In this document: piece by piece, positions 19,138 through 28,719 of the stretch | How the letters are laid out: the number at the start of each line of letters is the position of its first letter | How positions within the stretch are numbered: position 1 is the stretch's first letter | NCBI GenBank assembly: GCA_038209965.1 | Contig: JBBQXF010000003.1 | Coordinates: 25,420 to 89,419, forward strand | Direction of reading: 5' to 3' | DNA length: 64,000 nt | Source of the DNA: Cytophagales bacterium | GTDB taxonomy: Bacteria > Bacteroidota > Bacteroidia > Cytophagales > Thermoflexibacteraceae | The notes under the pieces: generated by a model | Told to the model about the DNA's origin: nothing | Database searches by the model: none | Seen by the model: the letters and a program-made list of their open reading frames with translations, nothing else | Position numbers and translations under genes: made by a program

Positions 19138-19749
19138 TTAGCCCAACAAATCTCGATCGAGCAACACATACGTGAGCGTGCCCGTCTCGCTCACGTCCAT
19201 GGTAAAAATTTCCTTTCGGTACAATTCTTCCAATTTGGCCTTGGCCTCGTCCACTGGCACTTCAGCCTTGACACACAGGGCCGCCGGGGTGAGTTTGCCG
19301 CCCGATCGGATGGCCAGTTGGATCACCTCGGCATCGGTCAGTTTGCGGGCACTGCCGGGGATCTGGCTGGTGCTTGCGCGCCTACCGACGGAACTTTGGG
19401 GGTAATTCTTACGGATTTTGCCCTGAAGCACATACCTGGACTGCCAAGTGGCCCAGTCGTAACTTTGTTGGATCAGCCCGTTGGCCTGCATCTGCCACAG
19501 CCGGCTTTGGGCTTCGCCAGCCGTGAGCCCGTGCTGGATCAGCAGCGGCAAAGTAACTTCCCCGCCATTTTCCATGGCCAGTTCCACCACGGTGGCATCG
19601 GGCATTTTTTCGGCCAATGCCCGGACACGGCCTTGGTACGAAGTCACGGACCAGTAAAGGCCTCCGCCCAAAAGGCCAGTAACAATAATTCCAAGGAAAA
19701 TAAGCAGGAGAGCAAGCATGATAGGGCAATAATAAGCCAAATTGATCAA
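19138..19749 (-). CDS. N-terminally membrane-anchored protein with two tandem ~45-aa winged-HTH-like repeats. First gene of the Ubl/MPN operon.
   Basis: TM IMLALLLIFLGIIVTGLLGGGLYW. Repeats PDATVVELAMENGGEVTLPLLIQHGLTAGEAQSRLWQMQANGLIQ / TDAEVIQLAIRSGGKLTPAALCVKAEVPVDEAKAKLEELYRKEIF. Confidence 0.5.
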   Translation of the reverse strand: MINLAYYCPIMLALLLIFLGIIVTGLLGGGLYWSVTSYQGRVRALAEKMPDATVVELAMENGGEVTLPLLIQHGLTAGEAQSRLWQMQANGLIQQSYDWATWQSRYVLQGKIRKNYPQSSVGRRASTSQIPGSARKLTDAEVIQLAIRSGGKLTPAALCVKAEVPVDEAKAKLEELYRKEIFTMDVSETGTLTYVLLDRDLLG

Positions 19750-20191
19750 AAATGATCACGGGCTAAGCGGGTTCAAGTTCTTTCAACTTGGCCTGGAGCG
19801 AAACACGAGCACCTTTCCCTACCGGCGCTCATGGGCTTTTACCGGAACCCTGTCCTTTGACTACAGCCGGACGTTTAGCCGCCAGACGAATAACCACCAT
19901 CTGGACTTTGGCCTCTGTTTTTATCAGGTGAACGGCAAAACGTTGGTCGGCTCACGGGGTTCCTTCTCGGTGAGTAGCATAATCGTGGCTTTTAGAGAAG
20001 AGGTGTCTTGGGTTGATCAAAACTACCAACTACTGGCCCCCCGGATCGGCTATCGCTACCAGCGGCCGCAGGGCGGGTTCACTTGGCGGGCGGGGATCCA
20101 CCCGTTTTTCTACAGTCCTAGATCAAGAGCAGCCGGTGGGGGCGCGGTTTTTTTCCCGACCCCGCACGTGGGCTTGGGCTGGAACTTCTGA
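19742..20191 (+). pseudogene. Possible C-terminal remnant of an outer-membrane beta-barrel protein.
   Basis: ORF ends …FFPTPHVGLGWNF*, a classic OMP beta-signal (GxGWxF-COOH), with alternating aromatic/hydrophobic strands upstream. There is no signal peptide or full N-terminus. It sits in an otherwise gene-free ~700-bp stretch. Confidence 0.3.
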
Positions 20192-20520
20192 GGTGTTGGA
20201 TTATTAATTTGACAATTGCGAGTTTTGTAGCATTTAACGCCAATAATGGTTTAATAATTGATGTTTTTTGCTGCGATTAGGTCGCGGATTTTTGGCTAAC
20301 GAAAGTTTTTAAAAACTTTTGTTAGTTGCGTGTCATAAATGGTCTGGCAACGGACATTGTATGATTGAAAATTAGAAAAAGGTGAACCTTATTTTTCACT
20401 AAACTATTAATCCGCGAATCTGTATTTTGTTAGTCAATGATGCTTTCCCCGTCGTGAGTTGCTCGCAACCAGACGGGGTTTAGTATTTCTACCAGTCCTG
20501 CTTTTTTCGGGACGGCACCC

Positions 20521-20560
20521 CAAAAAAGCCCCAGCGATTTTAAAAATCGCTGGGGCTTTG
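20521..20560 (-). terminator. Rho-independent terminator downstream of the PhoX-like gene.
   Basis: GCCCCAGCGATTTTTAAAATCGCTGGGGC hairpin followed by TTTTTT on the minus strand. Confidence 0.55.
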
Positions 20561-20578
20561 GCTGATCTTGGTTTCAGG

Positions 20579-21976
20579 CTAAGCCGTTTTCCAAGGCCCG
20601 GTAATGGCAATGGTCACATTGGCTTCTTGGATATTGACAAAGAAGGTCTGGCCGGAGGGAGAAAATACCCCGCCTGCCATCTCGGACTGGAAGCCCACGT
20701 TTTCGGCCAAGTGATAGAGTTCGCCCTTGGGGGTGATGCCCACCAAGAACGAGTGCGGCGTATCTTCGCACAGCACCACATCACCCCACGGGGCCACGGT
20801 CAAGTTGTCACAGCTTTTCATCAAGTCGCTGTTGTTGGGTTCGGCAAAAATTTCGACCGTGCCCGGCCGTTCCGATTCGCGCGGTGTGCCCTCGTGGGCA
20901 CTGGGGCGGTAGCGGAACACTTGGCCTTTTTCTTTCAGGCCGCCGTTGGTGCAAGCAAAATATACCTCTTTGTTACCAAACCACATGCCCTCGCCCCGGG
21001 CAAAGCGGGCCGCGCCCAGTTCAAAACCCCGGAGGCGGAGGTCGTCTTTGGGGGATTCCACGTCGGCCATGTCCAGCCATTCCACCGCATATTTTTGGCC
21101 AATGGGCAGTTTGGGGGTGCTGAGGCGCTCCCAATTGCGGGTGTCGCAGCTTTTTTGTTCCTTGATGACCAAGGCTTGGAGCTTGCCACCCTTGAGCAGT
21201 TGCCCGCCCTTGTTGGGCAAAAAGCGGTAGATCAAGCCATCGGGGCGGTCTTCGGTCTGATAGACGATGTTGGTGCTGGGATCCACGCACACCGCTTCGT
21301 GGTTGAACCTGCCCATGGCCCGCAGCGGCAGCGGATCGGCCATGTAGGGCTTTTCGGAGGCTTTTACCTCAAAATTATAGCCGTGATCCTGTTCGGTCTT
21401 GCCTTCGTTGCCCCCGGCGCGCTCGGTGTTTTCCTCGCAGGTGATCCAAGTGCCCCAGGGGGTCATCCCGCCCGCGCAATTGCGGGCAGTGCCGGCCAAG
21501 CTGAGGTACTGCGTTTCGACCACCCCGGTTTTTTCGTTGTAAACCAACGTAGTGGTGCCGCCCAGTTGCGGGGCAATGCCCTTGCCGTAGTCGTAAAACT
21601 TGGCTTTATCGACGAGGCCCAGCAGTTCGTTTTGTTTGCCAAACGCGCTGTGATCCAAGTTGGTGCCGTTCTCGTGGTTGCGGATCAGGATCACGCGGCC
21701 ACCCCTGCCCCGGAACGTGGCCATGCCGTCGGGCCGGGCCGGAACCAGCAGGCCATCGCTCATTTTGTCGCCCTGCCGCGAAATAATCTGGTAGGTGAAT
21801 CCTTTGGGCAAGTTGAGGATGCCTTTGGGATCTTTGACCAATTCGCCGTAGCCAATGCTCCGATCGGGGGCGGCCAGCAGTGGGTGGTTAACAAACTGGT
21901 ACAGCCCCAAGAAGCCGAGGCTGGCCACGCCCGAAGTTTTGAGGAAGCTCCGACGGGAAGAAGATGAATCTAACAT
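20579..21976 (-). CDS. Tat-secreted PhoX/DUF839-family phosphatase-like protein.
   Basis: Twin-arginine signal SRRSFLKTSGVASLGFLGL, ~465 aa. The RVILIRNHEN… core is consistent with DUF839/PhoX. Start chosen at MLDSSSS (21976). Confidence 0.55.
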   Translation of the reverse strand: MLDSSSSRRSFLKTSGVASLGFLGLYQFVNHPLLAAPDRSIGYGELVKDPKGILNLPKGFTYQIISRQGDKMSDGLLVPARPDGMATFRGRGGRVILIRNHENGTNLDHSAFGKQNELLGLVDKAKFYDYGKGIAPQLGGTTTLVYNEKTGVVETQYLSLAGTARNCAGGMTPWGTWITCEENTERAGGNEGKTEQDHGYNFEVKASEKPYMADPLPLRAMGRFNHEAVCVDPSTNIVYQTEDRPDGLIYRFLPNKGGQLLKGGKLQALVIKEQKSCDTRNWERLSTPKLPIGQKYAVEWLDMADVESPKDDLRLRGFELGAARFARGEGMWFGNKEVYFACTNGGLKEKGQVFRYRPSAHEGTPRESERPGTVEIFAEPNNSDLMKSCDNLTVAPWGDVVLCEDTPHSFLVGITPKGELYHLAENVGFQSEMAGGVFSPSGQTFFVNIQEANVTIAITGPWKTA

Positions 21977-22345
21977 AATTGCGTTATTGTTTGCCAAAGG
22001 TAACCCGGTGTCAGCAAAAAAGGTTGGGTGCAAGAGGTACATTGGGTTAAATTTAGCTCAAAATGAACCCAGTTTTCAGGATTTTATCAAGTTGGCGATC
22101 GGGATTATTGAGGGTTAATCCTGCTTTGCCCGCCCCAAGTCAAGTTGAACAAAATAGGCCAGCTGCCAATTAAAAACCCAGTAGGATGGGTTGGCCCGAC
22201 GAGGTGGGGGCAATCCACGGAACTGGACTGGGCCAAAGACGGACCGATGCACTGCCCAATATTGCCCATTCAGACGGGGACCGGTTTACTTCTCAGGGGT
22301 TTGTTGCTATCTTGCCAAAACTTGTTCCATTCACTTTGTCGCCTT

Positions 22346-22936
22346 ATGAAAAATTATTTACCAATGTTTCTGCTCGTGTTGGGCGGGCTGGCCTCCTGCA
22401 AAACCGCCTTGCATCCCCAAGTGGTGTTCAAAACCGAAGCGGGCAACATCACAGTGGAATTGTACCCGGACAAAGTTCCCGTGACGACCACTAACTTTTT
22501 GCGCTATGTCGATGCCAAGAGTTATGACGGGGCCGCATTTTACCGGGTGGTCCGGCTGGACAACCAGCCCAACAGCCCAGTGAAGATCGAGGTGATCCAG
22601 GGCGGGCTTGACTCCACGCACAAGGAGCGCCGGCTGCCCGTGATTGCTCACGAGACCAATAACAAAACGGGGGTCAAACACTTGGATGGCACAATTTCCA
22701 TGGCCCGTTCCACCCCAGGGAGTGCTTCGTCGGAGTTTTTCTTTTGCATCAATCCCCAGCCCGAACTGGACTTTGGCGGAAAGCGCAACCCGGACGGCCA
22801 AGGATTTGCCGCTTTTGGCAAAGTGGTAAAAGGAATGGCGGTGGTTCGCAAAATCCAGCAGGGCGAAACTGGGCCTGATGAACGCCGCCAAGCCCTCAAA
22901 AAAATCGTTCGGGTAACCGAGATCCGGCGGCGGTAG
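22346..22936 (+). CDS. Cyclophilin-type peptidyl-prolyl cis-trans isomerase (lipoprotein).
   Basis: Signal plus lipobox LGGLASC. VVFKTEAGNITVELYPDKVPVTTTNFLRYV…FYRVV… …FFFCI… cyclophilin motifs. Confidence 0.8.
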   Translation: MKNYLPMFLLVLGGLASCKTALHPQVVFKTEAGNITVELYPDKVPVTTTNFLRYVDAKSYDGAAFYRVVRLDNQPNSPVKIEVIQGGLDSTHKERRLPVIAHETNNKTGVKHLDGTISMARSTPGSASSEFFFCINPQPELDFGGKRNPDGQGFAAFGKVVKGMAVVRKIQQGETGPDERRQALKKIVRVTEIRRR

Positions 22937-23403
22937 GCAGCAACTATCACATAAGTTTAGGTGCATGACGGGAAATTTAAAGAAGAAGGCAGTCGTGCCT
23001 GTTTTTGTTGTGCCCAAATGACCAAAGCAAGACGTGGCAACTCGGGGAATTTACGGCGCGGGCTGTCCCGCGGTTCTCGGTGAGATGCAGCGTCAGGGGA
23101 TTTCCAAAAAAGAAAAAGGATTCGGTGTTTGAAAAAGGGGCTGAATTTTCCGGCTGTACATTGTGCCCACGAGCCACCAAAAAATGATGGTTGAAGTCAA
23201 GCGATGGGTGGTGAAAAGGAGGATTGGATGAACATCCTTCGCCGAAACACCGAAGACGACGAAAGGATCGCCGGGCCGTCCCAAGTCGGCTACTTTTAAC
23301 AAACTAAATAATTATATCACGGTGAATTTAGACATAACGCCAAGCCAAATTATCCATTTAGCTCCAAATAAAATTGCAGTAATTTTTGTTGTTCAACGGC
23401 GAT

Positions 23404-24168
23404 TTACAAATTTTCGCCTTGCAAGATAGCAAGAAGATCAGTTTTTTTCCGGCGAGAAACCTCGAGTGATTTTCCGTCGGCCATAACAACCATTCCCCCA
23501 TCATTTTTGATATATTTGCGCACATGGTTGAGGTTTACTATGTGAGATTTATGTATCCTGAAAAAAAGATTGCGCGGCAGCATTTCTTCGATCTGGGAAA
23601 GCGTTTTGGAAACACAGATAGACTGTTTGTTGCTCGAGTGCACAAAGGTATAGTTGGATTCGGCAATACAGTACAATAGGTCGGAAACCTGCAGCACATC
23701 AAAACCTTCCAAAGTGGGTAAGCACACCTTGACATCCCTTGGGCTGGTCAGGGATAAGTTATGAAACAATGTCTGATACATTTTTGCAGCATGTTGGACG
23801 CTAAACACGTGACGTACTTGCTCCAAAGCGCTTAAAAATAGATTTTCTTCTATGGGTTTGAGCACATACGACACCGCCGAATATTGAAATGCCTGTAAAG
23901 CATAATCATGGTGGGCAGTCACGAAAATAATCAGAAAATCAATGCGTTGCAAATTTTTGAGCATCTCAAAGGCATTGGAAGGAGGCAAGGAAATATCCAG
24001 AAATACCAAGTCTGGTTTGAATTGCTCAATCATCTGTTGGGCACTTTGGGCAGTATCAGCTTCTCCTATCACAACAATGTCCGGGCTGTATTTGCCCAGT
24101 AGATGTCGCAAAATAGACCTGTTTTCTTTCTCATCATCCACAATCAAACTTCTTATAGTGGGGGTCAT
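23404..24168 (-). CDS. LytTR-family two-component response regulator.
   Basis: Receiver domain LIVDDE…DLVFLDISLP. C-terminal LytTR DNA-binding domain (…FFRIHKSHIVNLNHV…). Confidence 0.85.
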   Translation of the reverse strand: MTPTIRSLIVDDEKENRSILRHLLGKYSPDIVVIGEADTAQSAQQMIEQFKPDLVFLDISLPPSNAFEMLKNLQRIDFLIIFVTAHHDYALQAFQYSAVSYVLKPIEENLFLSALEQVRHVFSVQHAAKMYQTLFHNLSLTSPRDVKVCLPTLEGFDVLQVSDLLYCIAESNYTFVHSSNKQSICVSKTLSQIEEMLPRNLFFRIHKSHIVNLNHVRKYIKNDGGMVVMADGKSLEVSRRKKTDLLAILQGENL

Positions 24169-24201
24169 ATAGGTTTTTGGGAATAAAGTAAAATTAGTGC
24201 A

Positions 24202-26259
24202 TCAAATAGGTATTTCTATGTGGATGCTGGTTCCTGTGTGGCGGTTACTACTTACGGAAAAGCTCGCTTTTTCTGTTTTTCCACTATTCCATAAGTCAAA
24301 ATAATTTTTGATAATCGCCATGCCTTTGGATTGGTGCGCCGAAGGATTACTGTTTTCTTGGAAACCGTTCCCATTGTCAATGATTTCGCAATGTAAAAAA
24401 AACTCAGATTCTATAAATCTAATGAGTAGCTTTTTCTCTCTTTTAATGGGAACCAAGCCGTGAATAATGGCGTTTTCCACAAATGGCTGGATAAGCATCG
24501 GGGGGACTTCGAGCAGTTCGGGGGCTTCTTCGCCTTCGTAGTCAATACTAAACTGAAAATCTTCACCAAAACGCAGTCTCTCGAGCTCAATGTACATACG
24601 CAGATACGCAATGTTTTGTTGGAGGCTAACGCGCAAGTGAGCTGAATTTTCGAGGGTTGTGCGCATCAGGCTGGCAAATTTACTGAGATAAATGGAGGCT
24701 TGCTCATTTTTCTCCGCAAGTACCAATGACTTGATGGTATTGAGGCAATTGAACAAGAAGTGCGGATTAAGCCGTGTTTGAAGAGCATACAATTGCATTT
24801 CTTGCAGCTGTTGCTGGAATTGTATCCGGGTTTTCTCTTCTTTTGTTGCTTGCAGTACGTAGGTTTGGGCGACAATTTCGGTGGTTTTGGCCGCTACTTC
24901 CTGTTCCAATCGCAGGTTCAGGCTGGCCATAAACGTTTTCTTTTCTTCCAGTTGCGCAATGATGACTTTTTGAAAGCGATTTTTTTCTTCGCTATCCAAT
25001 AAAAGTTTTCTTCCCAAAGCCAAAGCAAAAAATAAAATTTCTATGAGCGTTCCGATTTGCATAAAATTATTTGGAAAAAACGGTTCACTGAAAGAACTGA
25101 AATTTCCAAAAAGTATACCCAAGATATTACCTAGATAGAAACTAAATGACCCCCAAAAGAGGTATTTGGAAAATGGAATATTGCGAAGTGTCCACAATTG
25201 CCAGAACAAGAACAGATAAAATACAAATAGGCCATAAAAGAACACACTGTTGATGATGATAAACCCGAACAACACCTGAACATCAAATCCGAACAGTAAA
25301 GCCCCCATATTAGCTGACCAAAGCAAAGCGCACACGATGTTGATAAAATATAAAATTTTGTACAGCAAGGGCTTGTTGTTCTTTATCGTCAAAAACTGCA
25401 TCAGGAAAAGATGATACCCGATCAGATAGACGTAGGCAACAATTTCTTTGGCATAAATCCAGCGCTCGGGGAACTCCCAAATATACCAAGCATTGAAATG
25501 TAAGGGAAAGACATCTAATACCCCAAATAAAAGGACTCCGATCAGATACCATGCATAATACCCAAAATCAGGCAACTTATTTTGAATATAAATGGCCAGA
25601 AAAAAGCATATCATTATCAGCAGTGCCCCTACATAAAGGTTACTAATAAAACCGCTATTTCTTTTGCTAATCTCTTGCTTTTGTAATAAATTCATGTAGC
25701 CTGTCCCATTAAAAGCCGTAATATGAGTATCGGCTTTACGGTTGGGTAAGTCATAGAAATGCAAAGTAACGTTTTGCTGCTGGTTGGCGGGTATAGTATA
25801 ACTGAGGGTTTGCAGATTTTGCGAAGATTGACGGTAGCGTACGGGTACCAAAAAACCATTATAAGCCACTTGGTTATTGGTTTCCGATACTATCAAACCA
25901 TTGATCCCCCTTCTACTGCGTACCATATCTATCGAACTTTGTTTGAATAAATCTTGGCTGCCTACGTAGATAAAAAAAGTAGAGGCTTGTGGTTGGTCAT
26001 TGTACAAACAAAACGACAGACTGGTTTTGTACACCCAGAAATCCAGGAATCCAGTCTTGGGGGTGGTAGCTGGTTTCGGCACGGGCGAAGGTTGATTGCC
26101 GATGTTGATGGGACTTTTTTCCGCCAATATTGATGCTCGCAGGGTGTCTTGGGCCCGTAAAGCGCCCACCGAGGATAGCGATAATACAATAAAAATGTAT
26201 AAAAATAGATTTTTTGAAATATTTGAAACAATACTGATCATAAATTCTTGAAAAACCAT
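24202..26259 (-). CDS. 7TMR-DISM sensor histidine kinase of the LytS/His_kinase (PF06580) type.
   Basis: N-terminal extracellular domain, 7 TM helices, coiled coil, LNPHFLFNCLNTIKSLV H-box, HATPase_c end. Adjacent to the LytTR regulator. Confidence 0.85.
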   Translation of the reverse strand: MVFQEFMISIVSNISKNLFLYIFIVLSLSSVGALRAQDTLRASILAEKSPINIGNQPSPVPKPATTPKTGFLDFWVYKTSLSFCLYNDQPQASTFFIYVGSQDLFKQSSIDMVRSRRGINGLIVSETNNQVAYNGFLVPVRYRQSSQNLQTLSYTIPANQQQNVTLHFYDLPNRKADTHITAFNGTGYMNLLQKQEISKRNSGFISNLYVGALLIMICFFLAIYIQNKLPDFGYYAWYLIGVLLFGVLDVFPLHFNAWYIWEFPERWIYAKEIVAYVYLIGYHLFLMQFLTIKNNKPLLYKILYFINIVCALLWSANMGALLFGFDVQVLFGFIIINSVFFYGLFVFYLFLFWQLWTLRNIPFSKYLFWGSFSFYLGNILGILFGNFSSFSEPFFPNNFMQIGTLIEILFFALALGRKLLLDSEEKNRFQKVIIAQLEEKKTFMASLNLRLEQEVAAKTTEIVAQTYVLQATKEEKTRIQFQQQLQEMQLYALQTRLNPHFLFNCLNTIKSLVLAEKNEQASIYLSKFASLMRTTLENSAHLRVSLQQNIAYLRMYIELERLRFGEDFQFSIDYEGEEAPELLEVPPMLIQPFVENAIIHGLVPIKREKKLLIRFIESEFFLHCEIIDNGNGFQENSNPSAHQSKGMAIIKNYFDLWNSGKTEKASFSVSSNRHTGTSIHIEIPI

Positions 26260-26386
26260 TCAATAAATAGATAATACCATTCCCCCTTTAAACCCTACCG
26301 TTCACTCACTTGTTCAGTTTTTCTTGTTTAGTTCGCATACCTTTGAAAGGTCAAATATTGGGTTTAACGCTAAAATATACGTAACG

Positions 26387-27784
26387 ATGAAAAAACGCAC
26401 TTATTTTATACTTATCGGTGGTTGTTTGTTTGCTCATTTGTCTTTTGGTCAGATCATAGACCCTAAGCAAACCGCCAAACAGAAAAGTACCGACCGTGTC
26501 AATTCCCGCATCGATCAAGGCATAGACAAGGGCTTGGACAAAGTAGAAGGTCTGTTTAAGAAGAAAGAAAAGAAGCCTAAAAATGGTAAGAAAGACGAAA
26601 ATTCGGATGAAAACACCAATGAAGACAACTCCAACGGGAACAACTCCAACGGGAACAACTCCAACGGTAACAATTCCAACGGTAACAATTCTAACGGCAA
26701 AAACAGCGGAAACGGTAACTCGTCTGCGGGTAACCAAACACCAAGTTTTAAAACCTATTCCAAATTTGATTTTGTACCCGGCGAAAAAGTCATTGCTTTT
26801 GATGATTTTGCCACCACAAGCGTTGGAGATTTTCCTTTGGGCTGGAACACCAACTCCACGGCAGAAATTGTAACCATTGACGGCGACTCCAAAAAGTGGC
26901 TTTTTATGTCCAGAGATGGATTCTTTCAGCCTGAATATGTAAAAGATATGCCCGAAAATTTTACGCTGGAGTTTGATGTTCTCACTCGCTATGCATCTAA
27001 TAACATTTTAAAATATTCCTTTTATTTATCTGCTGTTGAGAATCCTAGAAAAGATTTATCCAATGCATACATCAAAAATGGAATTTACTTTGGCTGGCGA
27101 CCTTGTGCGGGCGAAAGTGGCTATATTGTATATGCAAACAGTGAAGAAGTTAGTCAAAATGCGGGTTTGAGTATCGCACAATTCGAATCTCAAACTTGTA
27201 GTGTACCTATTGTGGCGAAAGTGTCTATCTGGCGACAAAAAACACGCTTGCGTATGTATGTCAATGAAACCAAAGTATTGGATATTCCGCAAGCCTTTGA
27301 TGCAAAACTCAAATACAACGCCTTTAAATTTGGCAGTGCTCAGATGAACTTCTCTAACGGCAGACAAAACGATGATGAGTTTATGGTATCTAACATTCGC
27401 TATGCCGTGGGTGCTCCAGATATGCGTTCCAAACTTATCACCGATGGCAAACTCGTTACCAGAGGGATTACTTTTGATGTGGGTTCGGATAAAATAAAGC
27501 CCGAAAGTTTCGGGGTACTCAAAGAAATAGCTCAGGTGCTTTCCGAAAATCCTACGGTAAAAGTAAAAATCATTGGCCATACCGACTCTGACGGCAACGC
27601 CGCCAGCAACTTAGAACTTTCTAAAAAACGAGCTGCTGCCGTTAGCAAAGCCCTTACTTCGGATTTTAAAATTGATGCCTTACGCATGCAAACCGATGGC
27701 AAGGGGGCAGCCGAACCCTCCGAACCCAACGCCACGCCACAGGGCAAAGCGAATAACCGGCGGGTGGAGTTTGTTAAATTGTAA
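26387..27784 (+). CDS. OmpA-family protein with an NSNGN low-complexity repeat linker and a C-terminal OmpA/peptidoglycan-binding domain.
   Basis: Signal MKKRTYFILIGGCLFAHLSFGQ. C-terminal …TFDVGSDKIKPESF…GHTDSDGNAASNLELSKKRA…NRRVEF (OmpA_C). Confidence 0.8.
   Translation: MKKRTYFILIGGCLFAHLSFGQIIDPKQTAKQKSTDRVNSRIDQGIDKGLDKVEGLFKKKEKKPKNGKKDENSDENTNEDNSNGNNSNGNNSNGNNSNGNNSNGKNSGNGNSSAGNQTPSFKTYSKFDFVPGEKVIAFDDFATTSVGDFPLGWNTNSTAEIVTIDGDSKKWLFMSRDGFFQPEYVKDMPENFTLEFDVLTRYASNNILKYSFYLSAVENPRKDLSNAYIKNGIYFGWRPCAGESGYIVYANSEEVSQNAGLSIAQFESQTCSVPIVAKVSIWRQKTRLRMYVNETKVLDIPQAFDAKLKYNAFKFGSAQMNFSNGRQNDDEFMVSNIRYAVGAPDMRSKLITDGKLVTRGITFDVGSDKIKPESFGVLKEIAQVLSENPTVKVKIIGHTDSDGNAASNLELSKKRAAAVSKALTSDFKIDALRMQTDGKGAAEPSEPNATPQGKANNRRVEFVKL
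26623..26700. repeat. 15-bp tandem repeat (AACAACTCCAACGGG, about 5 units) encoding the NSNGN repeats.
   Basis: Direct reading of 26620-26700. Confidence 0.8.
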
Positions 27785-27880
27785 ACGACTACCCAAGAAA
27801 TCTACAAGGCTTTCAAAAGCCTTGTAGATTTTTAAAATAAAACCTAAAACTTTCAATTTAATCACAAAGTATAAATTTCT

Positions 27881-28660
27881 ATGATAAGGACAATCGGTAT
27901 TTTAATATGTATGTGCCTGCTTTCTGCTTGTGATAAAAAAGGGCAAGAGAAAGACAAAAATGATTTGAATAAAATAATCTCCGAGACAATCCCCGATGGA
28001 GGAGAGGCAAATACAACCATTGGTAAATGCCTCATGGAAAAGGATATGAGAGAAATACTTACGCCAGATTTGGTACAAGAGTTTTTGGGTGTACCAGTTA
28101 GTAAAGCCAAAGAAGAGGAGATTGAGAAAACATCATTTGTCAATAAGCTCGAATATACAGATGAAGATAATCCTAGAGGCACAAAAAAAGTTGAATTAAT
28201 GAAAGGCTTAATTCAGGATTTTCCCGTTGAAAATGTAATAGGTATTAGTTATATCAGAACTACCGACTTACCCACTTTCAAAAACTTTTACCGTAATGCT
28301 ACCGATGAAGATTTGGCGAAAATGGAAAAAGCAATGAACAGCCCTGAGACCAAGAAAAAACAGCAAGAAATGCTTGACAAACAGAACCTATCACCCGAAA
28401 TGCGTAAAGTAGTCGAAGAATCTCTCAATGCTGGCAAAGACAAAGACATAGCTCGTGGACTTTCTACAGGAGCGAAAGAAAGGTTTGAAGAAGCTTCGGG
28501 TGTAGGCGAATACTGTATCTGGAACAAGCAAGAACAAATGCTGCTTGTCTACACCTCTAATGTTCAAATAGGGGTAAGCGTAAATACGTCGGATGATAAA
28601 GCTTCTAATAAAGCAAAGGCTACCGAACTTGCCAAAAAGATATTAGCTAAATGCCAGTAA
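27881..28660 (+). CDS. Hypothetical lipoprotein (low-GC island), paralog of the next gene.
   Basis: Signal plus lipobox LLSAC. 259 aa, Lys/Glu-rich. C-terminal …LAKKILAKCQ resembles …AKEVLKKCK of the downstream gene. Confidence 0.6.
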   Translation: MIRTIGILICMCLLSACDKKGQEKDKNDLNKIISETIPDGGEANTTIGKCLMEKDMREILTPDLVQEFLGVPVSKAKEEEIEKTSFVNKLEYTDEDNPRGTKKVELMKGLIQDFPVENVIGISYIRTTDLPTFKNFYRNATDEDLAKMEKAMNSPETKKKQQEMLDKQNLSPEMRKVVEESLNAGKDKDIARGLSTGAKERFEEASGVGEYCIWNKQEQMLLVYTSNVQIGVSVNTSDDKASNKAKATELAKKILAKCQ

Positions 28661-28719
28661 ATCCTAATCTTAGAAATATTAAAATCTACTTGTTAAGAAT
28701 GTTCCAAACGTAAAATCTT

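Noticed and set aside
20459-21967. 502-aa plus-strand ORF.
   Set aside because: It fully overlaps the Tat-signal PhoX-like gene on the other strand. Ala/Gly/Arg-rich spurious composition.
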